Of a stretch of DNA of 64,000 nucleotides, positions 19,909-29,491 are shown in pieces; position 1 is the first letter of the stretch; each line of letters begins with the position of its first letter. The stretch spans positions 1 to 64,000 of the forward strand of contig CAZCME010000002.1 in assembly GCA_964499705.1 (NCBI GenBank). The letters run 5' to 3'. Below the pieces are notes generated by a model. That model was not told the DNA's origin. It worked only from the letters and a program-made list of their open reading frames with translations, and made no database searches. Both the position numbers and the translations under genes were made by a program. This DNA is from an uncultured bacterium. GTDB lineage: Bacteria; UBA8481.

Positions 19909-20646
19909 ATGAAGCCCGCGATCCGGATCTTCGCCGCGTCCGACATGGGGTGCGTTCGCAAGAATAACGAGGACAACTTCAAATACATGGCCGAAGGCGA
20001 GGACTTCTGGGCCGCGGTCGCCGATGGATGCGGCGGCGAGATGGCGGGAGAAGTCGCTTCGCGGATTGCGATCGATGTCTTCGCGCAGGAGATCGACAAG
20101 AACCAAGGCTCCCCCCGTGACATCGTCTTCATCCTCCGCGATGCCGTCGTGAAGGCCAATCGCGCCATTCTCGAAGAGGCCAAGCAGGCCGACAAACGAA
20201 ACATGGGCACCACCTTTTCCGGCATCTACATGCGCGGAAAGAATCTCTTCACGCTGCACGCGGGCGATTCACGGATCTATCGGAAGAGGGACGGCCGCTT
20301 TGAGCAATTGACCGAGGATCACACGTGGGTGCAGGACCAGGTGAAGCGCGGCAAGATGACGCAGGATGAGGCCGATCACCATCCGAAGAGCGGTGTCCTT
20401 CTCCGCGCTCTCGGCACTCCCGACTTCACCGCTCCGGACATCGACTTTCTCGACGGCCGTCCCGGCGATGTGATCCTCATCTCCAGCGACGGCCTCCACC
20501 GTGTCGTCTCACTGGAGGAAATTTCCGAAGCGATGGACCTCGACCAGGAAACGGCGGTCAAGATGCTGATCGAGACTGCGCTGAAGCGCGGATCGCCGGA
20601 CAATGTGACCGTCATCGCGATGAAGATCGAGGCTGTCGGAGAATAG
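19909..20646 (+). CDS. PP2C-family Ser/Thr protein phosphatase
   Basis: RKNNED, VADGCGG, MGTT, HAGDSRIY, TEDH, SDGL, DNVT. Confidence 0.94.
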   Translation: MKPAIRIFAASDMGCVRKNNEDNFKYMAEGEDFWAAVADGCGGEMAGEVASRIAIDVFAQEIDKNQGSPRDIVFILRDAVVKANRAILEEAKQADKRNMGTTFSGIYMRGKNLFTLHAGDSRIYRKRDGRFEQLTEDHTWVQDQVKRGKMTQDEADHHPKSGVLLRALGTPDFTAPDIDFLDGRPGDVILISSDGLHRVVSLEEISEAMDLDQETAVKMLIETALKRGSPDNVTVIAMKIEAVGE

Positions 20647-20715
20647 CCGGGCGAATCTATCGGCCGGTCTGTTTTCCAATTCAGAACCTTTTCTCCTTCT
20701 GATACAGTCCTCTTC

Positions 20716-23235
20716 ATGGAACCCCGCCGTAAATACGATCCTTCCACCATCGAGCCGGCCGCGCAGCGGCGCTGGGCCGATGCGGGCATCTTTGACGGCC
20801 TGAAGGGCGACGGAGACATCTACTATTGCCTGGAGATGTTTCCCTATCCCTCCGGAAAGCTCCACATGGGCCACGTCCGCAACTACACGATCGGCGATGC
20901 GGTGGCGCGATTCCAGAGGATGAACGGGCGGCGCGTCGTTTATCCGATGGGCTTCGATTCGTTCGGGCTTCCCGCGGAGAACGCGGCCATCAAGAGCGGC
21001 ACGCACCCGAGCACGTGGACCTTTTCCCGCATCGAAGAGATGGTCGGGCAGATGAAGCGGATGGGTTTCTCCTATGACTGGTCCAGGAAGTCGGTCACGT
21101 GCACGCCCGAGTACTACAAGTGGAACCAGTGGTTCTTCCTGAAGTTCTGGGAGCGGGGACTGGTCTATCGGAAGAGATCGCCCGTCAACTGGTGCCCGGA
21201 ATGCAACACGGTCCTGGCGAACGAACAGGTGCATGACGGGATGTGCTGGCGCCACGACGACACTCCTGTCGTCCAGAAATCGCTCGAACAGTGGTTCATC
21301 AGGACGACCGCCTACGCGGAGCGACTGCTTGCCAACCTGGATGGGTTGACAGGCTGGCCGGAGCATGTGAAGGAGATGCAGCGGCACTGGATCGGCCGGT
21401 CGGAAGGAGCCATCCTCCGGTTTCCGGTCGACGGTTCGGACCATGTCATCGAAACCTTCACGACGCGGCCGGACACGGTGTACGGGATCACGTATCTCGT
21501 GATGGCGCCGGAGCATCCTCTTGTGGATGAACTCGTCGTCGATGACCGGAAAGACGGGCTCCGGGAATTTCGCCGCACGGTCGCGGCTCAGACCGTGCAG
21601 GACAGGACGGACGCGGCCCGCCCCAAGCACGGGTACGCGCTCGGCCGGACCTTCACCAATCCCTTCACCGGTCGCTCGCATCCTCTGTACGTCGCGGATT
21701 ACGCGCTCATGGAATACGGCACCGGCGCGGTCATGGCCGTTCCCGCGCACGACCAGCGCGATTTCGAATTCGCGCGGCGGCATGGTCTTCCCATCACGGC
21801 CGTCATTCATCCGGAAAGCGAAATGCTCGTCGGAGCCGCCATGACGAAGGCCTTCGAGGACGACGGCGTCATGCGCGATTCGGGACCTTTCGAAGGCCAG
21901 CCGAACAGGAAGGCCTGGCGCGGGATCGTCGATCTGGCCCGGGAAAAGGGCTGGGGCCGGCCGCATGTCCAGTTCCGTCTCCGGGACTGGCTCGTCTCCC
22001 GCCAGCGCTACTGGGGCACTCCCATCCCCGCAGTCTCCTGCGACCGGTGCGGCATCGTGCCGGAGGAAATCGATCGACTTCCCGTTGTCCTCCCCGACGA
22101 CATCAAGTTCAGCTCCGGCGGGAATCCGCTCGCTTCGTCGTCGTCGTTTGTGAACACGACCTGCCCGAAGTGCGCCGGCCCCGCGCGGCGCGAGACCGAT
22201 ACGATGGACACGTTCGTCGATTCCTCCTGGTATTTTCTCCGCTACTGCGACGCTCGCAACGACACCGCGCCTTTCGATTCCGGCAGGGTGAACGAATGCA
22301 TGCCGATCGATCAGTACATCGGCGGCGTGGAGCATGCCTGCATGCACCTCATCTACTCCCGGTTCTTCACGATGGTTCTGCATGACATGGGCCTCGTGAA
22401 GTGCGAGGAACCCTTCACCAATCTTCTGACCCAGGGGATGGTCTCCATGGAAACCTACCGCTGTCCGAAAGACGACTGGATCCTCCCGACGGAGTGCGTG
22501 GACGGCAAGTGCGTTCACTGCGGAAGCGAAGTGAAGATAGGCCGCGTGGAGAAGATGTCGAAGTCGAAGAAGAACCTCGTCGATCCCGGCGAGATCATCG
22601 ACCGATACGGGGCCGACACAGCGCGAACCTTCATTCTCTTCGCCTCGCCCCCGGAAAATGAGCTCCTCTGGTCCGACCAGGCCGTGGAAGGCTCGTTCCG
22701 TTTTCTCCGCCGCGTGCACGATCTCGTGGAAGAACGAGCCTCCCTCGATCTCGCCGCGCCGAACGACGGAGATCGCGAGTTGAGAAGAAAGGCGCACGAC
22801 ACGATTCTCCGGGTCACGCGCGACATCGCGACGCGATTCCAGTTCAATACCGCGATCGCCGCCATGATGGAGCTCCTGAATGCGCTCCAGGCCCACGGCG
22901 CGAACACGCCGGTCGCGCGCGAGGCCGTCGAGATTCTCATCCGCTGCCTCTCGCCGATCGCGCCGCACCTGGCCGAGGACCGATGGCGCCTGCTGGGCCA
23001 CGATACGCTCCTGGCGAGCGAACGCTGGCCGGTGGTCGATGAAGCGGCGCTGGTGACGGACACCGTGGAGATTCCGGTGCAGGTGAACGGTAAATTGCGA
23101 GGCCGGATCCGCGTGGCGCCCGACGCTCCGGAATCCGCCGCGCTCTCCGCCGCCGCCGCCGCGCTCAGTCTCGATCTCTCGCATCCGAAGAAGGTCGTCT
23201 ACAAGGCGGGCAAGATCTTGAACCTCGTGATCTGA
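20716..23235 (+). CDS. leuS: Leucine--tRNA ligase
   Basis: MFPYPSGKLHMGH, FTTRPDT, GTGAVMAVPAHDQRD, SRQRYWG, KMSKS, VQVNGKLR. Confidence 0.98.
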   Translation: MEPRRKYDPSTIEPAAQRRWADAGIFDGLKGDGDIYYCLEMFPYPSGKLHMGHVRNYTIGDAVARFQRMNGRRVVYPMGFDSFGLPAENAAIKSGTHPSTWTFSRIEEMVGQMKRMGFSYDWSRKSVTCTPEYYKWNQWFFLKFWERGLVYRKRSPVNWCPECNTVLANEQVHDGMCWRHDDTPVVQKSLEQWFIRTTAYAERLLANLDGLTGWPEHVKEMQRHWIGRSEGAILRFPVDGSDHVIETFTTRPDTVYGITYLVMAPEHPLVDELVVDDRKDGLREFRRTVAAQTVQDRTDAARPKHGYALGRTFTNPFTGRSHPLYVADYALMEYGTGAVMAVPAHDQRDFEFARRHGLPITAVIHPESEMLVGAAMTKAFEDDGVMRDSGPFEGQPNRKAWRGIVDLAREKGWGRPHVQFRLRDWLVSRQRYWGTPIPAVSCDRCGIVPEEIDRLPVVLPDDIKFSSGGNPLASSSSFVNTTCPKCAGPARRETDTMDTFVDSSWYFLRYCDARNDTAPFDSGRVNECMPIDQYIGGVEHACMHLIYSRFFTMVLHDMGLVKCEEPFTNLLTQGMVSMETYRCPKDDWILPTECVDGKCVHCGSEVKIGRVEKMSKSKKNLVDPGEIIDRYGADTARTFILFASPPENELLWSDQAVEGSFRFLRRVHDLVEERASLDLAAPNDGDRELRRKAHDTILRVTRDIATRFQFNTAIAAMMELLNALQAHGANTPVAREAVEILIRCLSPIAPHLAEDRWRLLGHDTLLASERWPVVDEAALVTDTVEIPVQVNGKLRGRIRVAPDAPESAALSAAAAALSLDLSHPKKVVYKAGKILNLVI

Positions 23236-23266
23236 TGAAGCGCTTCGCCGAGCGAAACCCTCCTCG

Positions 23267-23917
23267 TTGATTACAACCCCGTTATTACTGCTGATCATGG
23301 TCGCGACACCAAGTGCGGAAATCGCCATGGAACGGGCGGGAGCCCGGATGGGCAATGCCGTCCTCTCCGCGGATCTGGACGGGGATGGACGGAAGGAAGA
23401 GATCCGGCTGCTTCTTGAGCGTCGCACAGGAAGGGGAGGCGTCGCCGTCTATTCCGACGGAGACGAGCAAAGCCGGTTTCTCCGGAAGGATTATTTTCCG
23501 TTCAGCGCCGTTGTCGGAGATATCGATAACGATGGAGATGCCGAAGTCCTGATCGGCCTGTACGACCGCTCCAAGGATCGCTCGGGACGATTCGCCATGA
23601 AGCTGCATGTTTTCGATTACGAAGCCGGCAGGCTCAAGCCCCGGTGGTTCACCGACCGCGAATTCGAGTGGTTCGGAGTGGTGAGGCAGGGCGACAGGAA
23701 TCTGCTCGCGGTGACGGAGCGGAGCGGCGACCGATGGAGCCTGCGGACGTGGAAATGGCAGGATTTCGGTTTCTGGCTGGAGGAGCCGATCTTCGTGTCC
23801 GAGGAGCCGTTCTCCTGCGACACGATTGAAAACGGGCTGGTGGCGACATCGACGGGCGGCCGCCGCATTGAAGTGATCGCCTCTGGCGACGGCTGGCAGA
23901 CGAGGCGCCTGCGATGA
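23267..23917 (+). CDS. Hypothetical secreted protein with FG-GAP/VCBS-like motifs
   Basis: Hydrophobic N-terminus; ADLDGDGRKE and GDIDNDGDAEV repeats; TTG start uncertain. Confidence 0.6.
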   Translation: MITTPLLLLIMVATPSAEIAMERAGARMGNAVLSADLDGDGRKEEIRLLLERRTGRGGVAVYSDGDEQSRFLRKDYFPFSAVVGDIDNDGDAEVLIGLYDRSKDRSGRFAMKLHVFDYEAGRLKPRWFTDREFEWFGVVRQGDRNLLAVTERSGDRWSLRTWKWQDFGFWLEEPIFVSEEPFSCDTIENGLVATSTGGRRIEVIASGDGWQTRRLR

Positions 23918-26166
23918 CGAAGTGCGCGATAGGGCGCAGGTTTTCAGCCGCCATCTTCGCGGCGGGATTATGCGCGGTTCAAGTCGCCGCGGCGTCGCTC
24001 CAGCAGATCCAGAACGATCCGAACTTCCCGCGCATCCGCGAATCGGTCGAGTATTCCGGGATCGACTGGGAATCCGGCGACCGCGTGCGCGCCTCAGCTG
24101 TCATCACCGACGATGATCCCGTTCTCGACACGAGGATCCCGGCACCGCGGATTCCCGGCCCCGTCGCGCCGGCCTCCATTGAGCCCTATGATATCGATGC
24201 GCAGTTAAACAACGTCTCCAACCGCGAGGCGTTCGGCGAATTTTCCGCGGAGCAGACGAAGCGGCTGCATGAAAATGGTTTCGTCGTCACGACCGACTCG
24301 CGGCTTCAGAGCTTCTACATCTACGAGGAGAACGTGTACTGGAACCTCCCGAACTTCGTCACGACCGATGTCATCCTCCATACGTTCTCCGACATTTTTC
24401 TCTATGCCTTGAAGAAGGTGGAACGTCGCTCCGTCTTCGGCTGGGTCAAGCTCCTCTCTTCCGCGTTGCGGGAGGAGAGCGTGAAGCTCTGGCGCGAGGC
24501 GCGCGATCCGGTCGTAAAACAGGAGGCCCGCGGCAACGCGATCTATTTCGCCACGTTGGAAGCGCTCCTGAAACGCACGACACGGCACGCGCCGGAGGAG
24601 TTGCAGCCGGAGGTCGAGTCCGCGCTCGGCGTCATCAGGGGCGCGGCGGGCGAGAAGACGACGATCGGAGGCATCGAGGTCGATCCACCGGCATTCGCGC
24701 CGCGCGGCCATTACACGGCCTCGGAGGATTTCAAGAACTACTTCCGCGCCATGAATCTCCTCTCGGCTCCCATCCTCATTCCTTCTGACGCGGATCCGAA
24801 TCCCGCGCTTGTGCGGATTCAATTGATGGCGTTCGCCCTGGATCGCGCGAAGATTCGCGGCGTTCCGGCGCTTAAGGCATGGCAGCGCGTCAACGACCTG
24901 ACCAGTCTCTTCACGGGCCGGTCCAATCCGATTCCCATCGTCGACGTTCTTCCGCTGCTCCAAGAGGAGGATGGGCACAGGCTCGGTGTCGACGAAATAG
25001 CCCGCCAAGCACAACTCGCACGCGCCCGGGCGCGACTTTCCGCGATCTTCGTGCGCATCCTCCCCGATGCCTCCACGGATACTCCCGTCGCCTTTTTCGG
25101 CAAAAAATATGTCCTCGACGCGGAGATCATGCAGCATCTCGTCCGATGGCCGGACCGCCCCATGGCGAGCGGCCTCGATGTCGCGGCATCGCTGGGATTC
25201 GATCAGGCGCGCGATCTCGATATCGCCGGTCAGAAAGCCGTCGACTGGTTTCCCGGTCGGCTCGAAGAGGAGCGACGGCGCGTTGCGGACATTCCCGTGG
25301 ACTGGTGGACGAGCGGCGTCTATCCCGGACTTCTCTGGACCTTCAGCTCGCTGGTTCCTGAGCATGCCTCCGAGCTTCCCATGTTCATGCGCAACCGAGC
25401 CTGGGGATTCAAGAGCTTGAATACCGCGCTCTCCGGCTGGGCTGAACTTCGGCACCACACGATTCTTTATGCGGAAGCGTTCTCCGCCGAAGGCGGCGGC
25501 GATCAGTACAAGGTCGAACTTCCGAAAGGCTATATCGAGCCGAACGCGCTCTTCTTCAGCCGGATGAGATGGCTGATGGAGAAATTCCGGCACGATCTTT
25601 CGGCGAACGGGGCGCTCACCAGGAACCTGGACGCCAAGCTCGATGCGCTCGCGGATATCGTCAGGCGATGCGATGAGATCGTTCGCAAGGAACGGCGCGG
25701 TGCTCCACTGGATAGACAGGATCACGAGTTCATCCACTTCATCGGCAGTCGACTCGGGGAGATCACGACGATGAGCCGGACGAACGACCAGCTGACTCGT
25801 CACGACTGGAACATCCTGCCGGAAGCGGAGCGGAGCCAGGCCATCATCGCGGACGTGGGGAGGGGAAACGATGCTGTTCTCGAAGTGGGAATCGGACCGG
25901 CGCATGCGATCTTCGCAATCATTCCGGGCGCCGGAGGAAAACTCCGTCTCGCCCGGGGAGCGAGCTATCAATATTACGAATTCCCGTGGCCGGCGTCCGA
26001 CCGCCTGACGGACGAGAAATGGCGTGAAATCCTCTCCAGGGATCCGCATCCTTCCGTCCCGGATTGGGCAGCGGCCTACCGAACCGATCATCCCAAGCCC
26101 GGGAAATATCCTCACCAGGACCGTACCGACCTCGAATGGTACGTGTATAGTTATTCACCGGATTAG
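23914..26166 (+). CDS. Secreted DUF3160-like protein
   Basis: Signal peptide; FVTTDVILH, PRGHYT, LNTALSGWAELRHHTILY, GYIEPN, YYEF..RLTDEKW resemble DUF3160. Confidence 0.8.
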   Translation: MTKCAIGRRFSAAIFAAGLCAVQVAAASLQQIQNDPNFPRIRESVEYSGIDWESGDRVRASAVITDDDPVLDTRIPAPRIPGPVAPASIEPYDIDAQLNNVSNREAFGEFSAEQTKRLHENGFVVTTDSRLQSFYIYEENVYWNLPNFVTTDVILHTFSDIFLYALKKVERRSVFGWVKLLSSALREESVKLWREARDPVVKQEARGNAIYFATLEALLKRTTRHAPEELQPEVESALGVIRGAAGEKTTIGGIEVDPPAFAPRGHYTASEDFKNYFRAMNLLSAPILIPSDADPNPALVRIQLMAFALDRAKIRGVPALKAWQRVNDLTSLFTGRSNPIPIVDVLPLLQEEDGHRLGVDEIARQAQLARARARLSAIFVRILPDASTDTPVAFFGKKYVLDAEIMQHLVRWPDRPMASGLDVAASLGFDQARDLDIAGQKAVDWFPGRLEEERRRVADIPVDWWTSGVYPGLLWTFSSLVPEHASELPMFMRNRAWGFKSLNTALSGWAELRHHTILYAEAFSAEGGGDQYKVELPKGYIEPNALFFSRMRWLMEKFRHDLSANGALTRNLDAKLDALADIVRRCDEIVRKERRGAPLDRQDHEFIHFIGSRLGEITTMSRTNDQLTRHDWNILPEAERSQAIIADVGRGNDAVLEVGIGPAHAIFAIIPGAGGKLRLARGASYQYYEFPWPASDRLTDEKWREILSRDPHPSVPDWAAAYRTDHPKPGKYPHQDRTDLEWYVYSYSPD

Positions 26167-26251
26167 CGGTGTGACAGTTGTAAATCTTGTGATTTGAACC
26201 GCCAGTTGTGGTAAGATTCCACAGGAACCGGGGACTCCGGAGCGGAAAGAC

Positions 26252-26280
26252 TTGCTAAACACCGCGACATTGATTAGAGT
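26252..26280 (+). promoter_or_regulatory. Promoter upstream of the hpf-PTS operon
   Basis: TTGCTA-17 nt-TAGAGT; a second extended -10 (TGGTAAGAT) at 26209-26217. Confidence 0.5.
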
Positions 26281-26349
26281 CCCCGCTTCATATTCGAGGA
26301 GCCGGATCGCACTCAATTCTGGCTCCCCCGGGAATGGGAGTGGTCATTC

Positions 26350-26898
26350 ATGCAAATAAGCACAACGTTTCGACAGATGCCGTCGTCCCAGGCGCTCAGG
26401 GAATACGGCGAGTCCAAGGTCCTGAAACTGGAGAAGTTCTTCAACGGCCTGATGGAGGCCAAGGTGACGTTTTCCGCGGAGAAGACGTCTCAGAAGGCCG
26501 AGGTCACGATCACGGCCAACGGCATCAAGATCCGCGGCGAAAATTCCGCGGCAGACGCCTACGCCGCCCTCGATTCCGTCATCGACAAGCTCTCCCGCCA
26601 GCTCCGCAAATACCAGGACAAGCTGAAGGCCCACAAGCCCGCTCTTCCCACCAAGGAAATGTATCGCCACGAGGTGCGTTCGTCCGAGTCGTTCGAGCCC
26701 GAGTCGAAGAGCGCGCAGCATACCATCGTCTCCAGCAAGTCGTTCCCCCTGAAGCCGATGTTTCCCGACGATGCGGTGATGGAAATGGAATTGTCCGACG
26801 ACGACTTCATGGTCTTCATCAACGCGGAAACCAGTGGCGTCAACGTGATCTATCGACGGCGCGACGGCAATTACGGCCTCGTCGAACCCGATCGATAA
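26350..26898 (+). CDS. hpf: Ribosome hibernation promoting factor (long HPF)
   Basis: YAALDSVIDKLSRQLRKYQDK and C-terminal KPM..DAVMEMEL..VNVIYRRRDGNYGLVE. Confidence 0.93.
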   Translation: MQISTTFRQMPSSQALREYGESKVLKLEKFFNGLMEAKVTFSAEKTSQKAEVTITANGIKIRGENSAADAYAALDSVIDKLSRQLRKYQDKLKAHKPALPTKEMYRHEVRSSESFEPESKSAQHTIVSSKSFPLKPMFPDDAVMEMELSDDDFMVFINAETSGVNVIYRRRDGNYGLVEPDR

Positions 26899-26937
26899 AC
26901 TTTAGCCCATGAATCAGACCAAGAAGAGGATGACCCG

Positions 26938-27405
26938 ATGAAACTTTCTGATTTGCTGACCGAGAACGGCATCAGCGTAGCGCTGGCGGCCCGCGACAAG
27001 CGCGGCGTCATCGAGGAGATGGTGGATCTGCTCATGAAATCCACCAACGGCGTGACGGACAAGAACGCCGTCATCAAGGCCGTATGGGAACGCGAGGAAC
27101 TGATGTCGACGGGCATCGGCCAGGGTGTCGGCATCCCGCACGCCAAGACCAACGCGGTGGACAAGCTCCACGCCGTCTTCGGCAAGTCCGAAGCGGGCGT
27201 CGACTTCTCCGCTCTCGACGGCAAACCCGTCCACCTGATCTTTCTCCTTGTGGCTCCGGAGGATCAATCGGGCCCGCACGTCAAGGCCCTGGCCAGGATC
27301 TCCCGGCTCCTCAAGCAGTCGTATTTCAGACAGGCTCTCCAGGAGTCCCGCAAATCCCAGGAAGTGTTGACGATCATCCGCGAAGAGGAACTGAAGAGCG
27401 CCTGA
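26938..27405 (+). CDS. ptsN: PTS EIIA, Ntr/fructose type
   Basis: REELMSTGIGQGVGIPH, DFSALDGKPV, HVKALARIS; position after hpf. Confidence 0.85.
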   Translation: MKLSDLLTENGISVALAARDKRGVIEEMVDLLMKSTNGVTDKNAVIKAVWEREELMSTGIGQGVGIPHAKTNAVDKLHAVFGKSEAGVDFSALDGKPVHLIFLLVAPEDQSGPHVKALARISRLLKQSYFRQALQESRKSQEVLTIIREEELKSA

Positions 27406-27409
27406 AGGC

Positions 27410-27487
27410 AATACTGAATAAGGAATACTGAATCATGAATGCCGACAATGGAAATCATTCAGCATTCCCTGTTTCCTGTTCCGTATT
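27410..27487. repeat. Inverted heptamer-array element between ptsN and hprK
   Basis: Left AATACTG AATAAGG AATACTG AAT; reverse complement of the right arm reads AATACGG AACAGGA AACAGGG AATGCTG AAT. Confidence 0.6.
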
Positions 27488-27495
27488 GAATTAAG

Positions 27496-28470
27496 ATGGA
27501 TACCGATAACGAGGTAATCATCCAGGAGCTCGTCGATGACCTGAGGAGCGCGCTGGATCTGCGGGTCATCGCCGGCACTTCCGGCACGATGCGCGCGATC
27601 CGGGATCCCGAGGTCCAGCGACCCGGGCTCGCCCTCGCCGGCTTCCTCGATTACTTCCGCCCCAATAATCTCCAGATCATCGGCCAGACGGAGCTCGCTT
27701 ACATGGCGACGCTCGGCGACGAGCTGATGCTGAAGCGCTGGGAGGATTACCTCGGCAATCTTCCGGCCGCCATCATTGTCGCCCGCGCCCTCGTCCTGCC
27801 GGAGGCGCTTCTCGACAAGGCCAGCGAGCTCGGGATCTGCGTCCTCTCCTCGCCGCTCCGGACCGAGGATATCTCCCACAAGATCGAGCTGTATCTCGAA
27901 CGCGAACTGGCGCCGTCGGCGATGATGCATGGCGTCCTGATGGACGTTTTCGGGCTGGGCGTGCTGATCCTCGGAGATTCTGGCGTCGGCAAATCGGAAG
28001 CGGCCCTGGAGCTTCTCCAGCGCGGCCACAGGCTCGTCTCCGACGACATCGTGGAGATCAAGAAGATGCGGCAGGACGTGCTCATCGGGACGAGTCCGGC
28101 TTTGACGAAGCACCACATCGAGATCCGCGGGCTCGGCATCCTCAATATCCGCCAGCTCTACGGCGCCTCCGCCATCGTCGACGAGATGAAGCTCGACATG
28201 GTCGCGCAGCTGGAGATCTGGAAGGAAGGATTCGAATACGACCGGCTCGGCCTCGAGCAGGAGACGTTCGAGATCCTCGGGAACGAAGTCCCGAGCGTCC
28301 TGGTGCCGGTGCAGCCCGGCCGGAACATCGCGATCATCATCGAGGTGGGCGCCATGAACCAGCGGCTGAAGAACATGGGAGTTCATGCGGCGGAGGAATT
28401 CAACAAGCGTCTGAACGAGATGCTCGTGTCCGGCCACGGCATGACGAGCGGCACGGGGGAGCAGAAATGA
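27496..28470 (+). CDS. hprK: HPr kinase/phosphorylase
   Basis: RPGLALAG, HGVLMDVFGLGVLILGDSGVGKSE, LVSDD, IEIRGLGI, PGRN. Confidence 0.96.
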   Translation: MDTDNEVIIQELVDDLRSALDLRVIAGTSGTMRAIRDPEVQRPGLALAGFLDYFRPNNLQIIGQTELAYMATLGDELMLKRWEDYLGNLPAAIIVARALVLPEALLDKASELGICVLSSPLRTEDISHKIELYLERELAPSAMMHGVLMDVFGLGVLILGDSGVGKSEAALELLQRGHRLVSDDIVEIKKMRQDVLIGTSPALTKHHIEIRGLGILNIRQLYGASAIVDEMKLDMVAQLEIWKEGFEYDRLGLEQETFEILGNEVPSVLVPVQPGRNIAIIIEVGAMNQRLKNMGVHAAEEFNKRLNEMLVSGHGMTSGTGEQK

Positions 28471-29006
28471 TGGCCGACGAACGTTCGGGTACGGGCGGAG
28501 AAACGGGCGCGGCGACGGACGCTGCCGCTGCTCTGCCGCTGCTCATCATCGCGTCCCACGGAGCCGTGGGCCAGGCCGCACTGGAGACGTGTTCGCAGAT
28601 CCTGGGGCCGATCGAGCCCGCCGCCGCGATCGGGCTCGATGTTCACGGCAGGCTCGAAGACGTCGAGCGCGGGATCGTCGCCGTCCGGGAGCATCACGGC
28701 CGGGAGCGGCCGACGATCATCCTCGTCGATCTCTTCGGCGGCTCGTGCGCGAATGTCGCGGCGAAGATCCTGAAGTCCCGGACCGAACAGGATGCTCCCA
28801 TCCGTGTCATCGCGGGCTTCAACATCCCGATGATCATCGAGTTCGCCTTTTCCCGCAGCAAGTACCCGCTCGACAAGCTGGCCGACCGGATCATCGAGGC
28901 CGGGAAAAAAGCCTGCCTCGATCTGAACGCGAAGGTTCTGGCTCGGCCGGCGCAAGTTGCTCCGAAGGATGCGCCTCCACCCGGGAAAGAACCCGGAACA
29001 GCATGA
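28467..29006 (+). CDS. PTS mannose-family EIIA
   Basis: IASHG phospho-His, VDLFGGSCAN, AGFNIPM. Confidence 0.88.
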   Translation: MMADERSGTGGETGAATDAAAALPLLIIASHGAVGQAALETCSQILGPIEPAAAIGLDVHGRLEDVERGIVAVREHHGRERPTIILVDLFGGSCANVAAKILKSRTEQDAPIRVIAGFNIPMIIEFAFSRSKYPLDKLADRIIEAGKKACLDLNAKVLARPAQVAPKDAPPPGKEPGTA

Positions 29007-29491
29007 TCGTCCTCGCCCGCATCGACGACCGCCTGATCCACGGCCAGGTGACCGTGGGCTGGTCGCGATTCCTCGACATCGAGAAGATCGTGGTGCTGTC
29101 CGACGACATCGTGCACGACGACATGCAGAAGTCGCTCCTGGCGATGGCCGTGCCTGAGAGCGCCGACTTCGACGTCGATTCGGTCGCGGGCGTCGCGGCC
29201 AAGCTTGCCCATCCGGAATATACATCCTGCCGTACGCTCCTGCTCGCCGCTTCTCCTTCCGAGTTCAGGCGTCTCGTGGTCGAATTCGGATTCAGGCTTC
29301 CGGAGGTGAACGTGGGCGGCCAGAGGTACGCCGCCGGCACGCGGAAGGTGTGCGACGGCGTCCTCCTGACGGATGAAGCCTACGCCGATCTCTGCGCGCT
29401 TCGCGACGCGGGCGTCTTCGTCGAGGTCCGCATGATTCCTTCCCATGACAAGAAGGATCTCTTCAAGCTCTATCCGGGTGATCGCGCATGA
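29003..29491 (+). CDS. PTS mannose-family EIIB
   Basis: MIVLARIDDRLIHGQV, VNVGG; ATGA overlap at 29003. Confidence 0.92.
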   Translation: MIVLARIDDRLIHGQVTVGWSRFLDIEKIVVLSDDIVHDDMQKSLLAMAVPESADFDVDSVAGVAAKLAHPEYTSCRTLLLAASPSEFRRLVVEFGFRLPEVNVGGQRYAAGTRKVCDGVLLTDEAYADLCALRDAGVFVEVRMIPSHDKKDLFKLYPGDRA

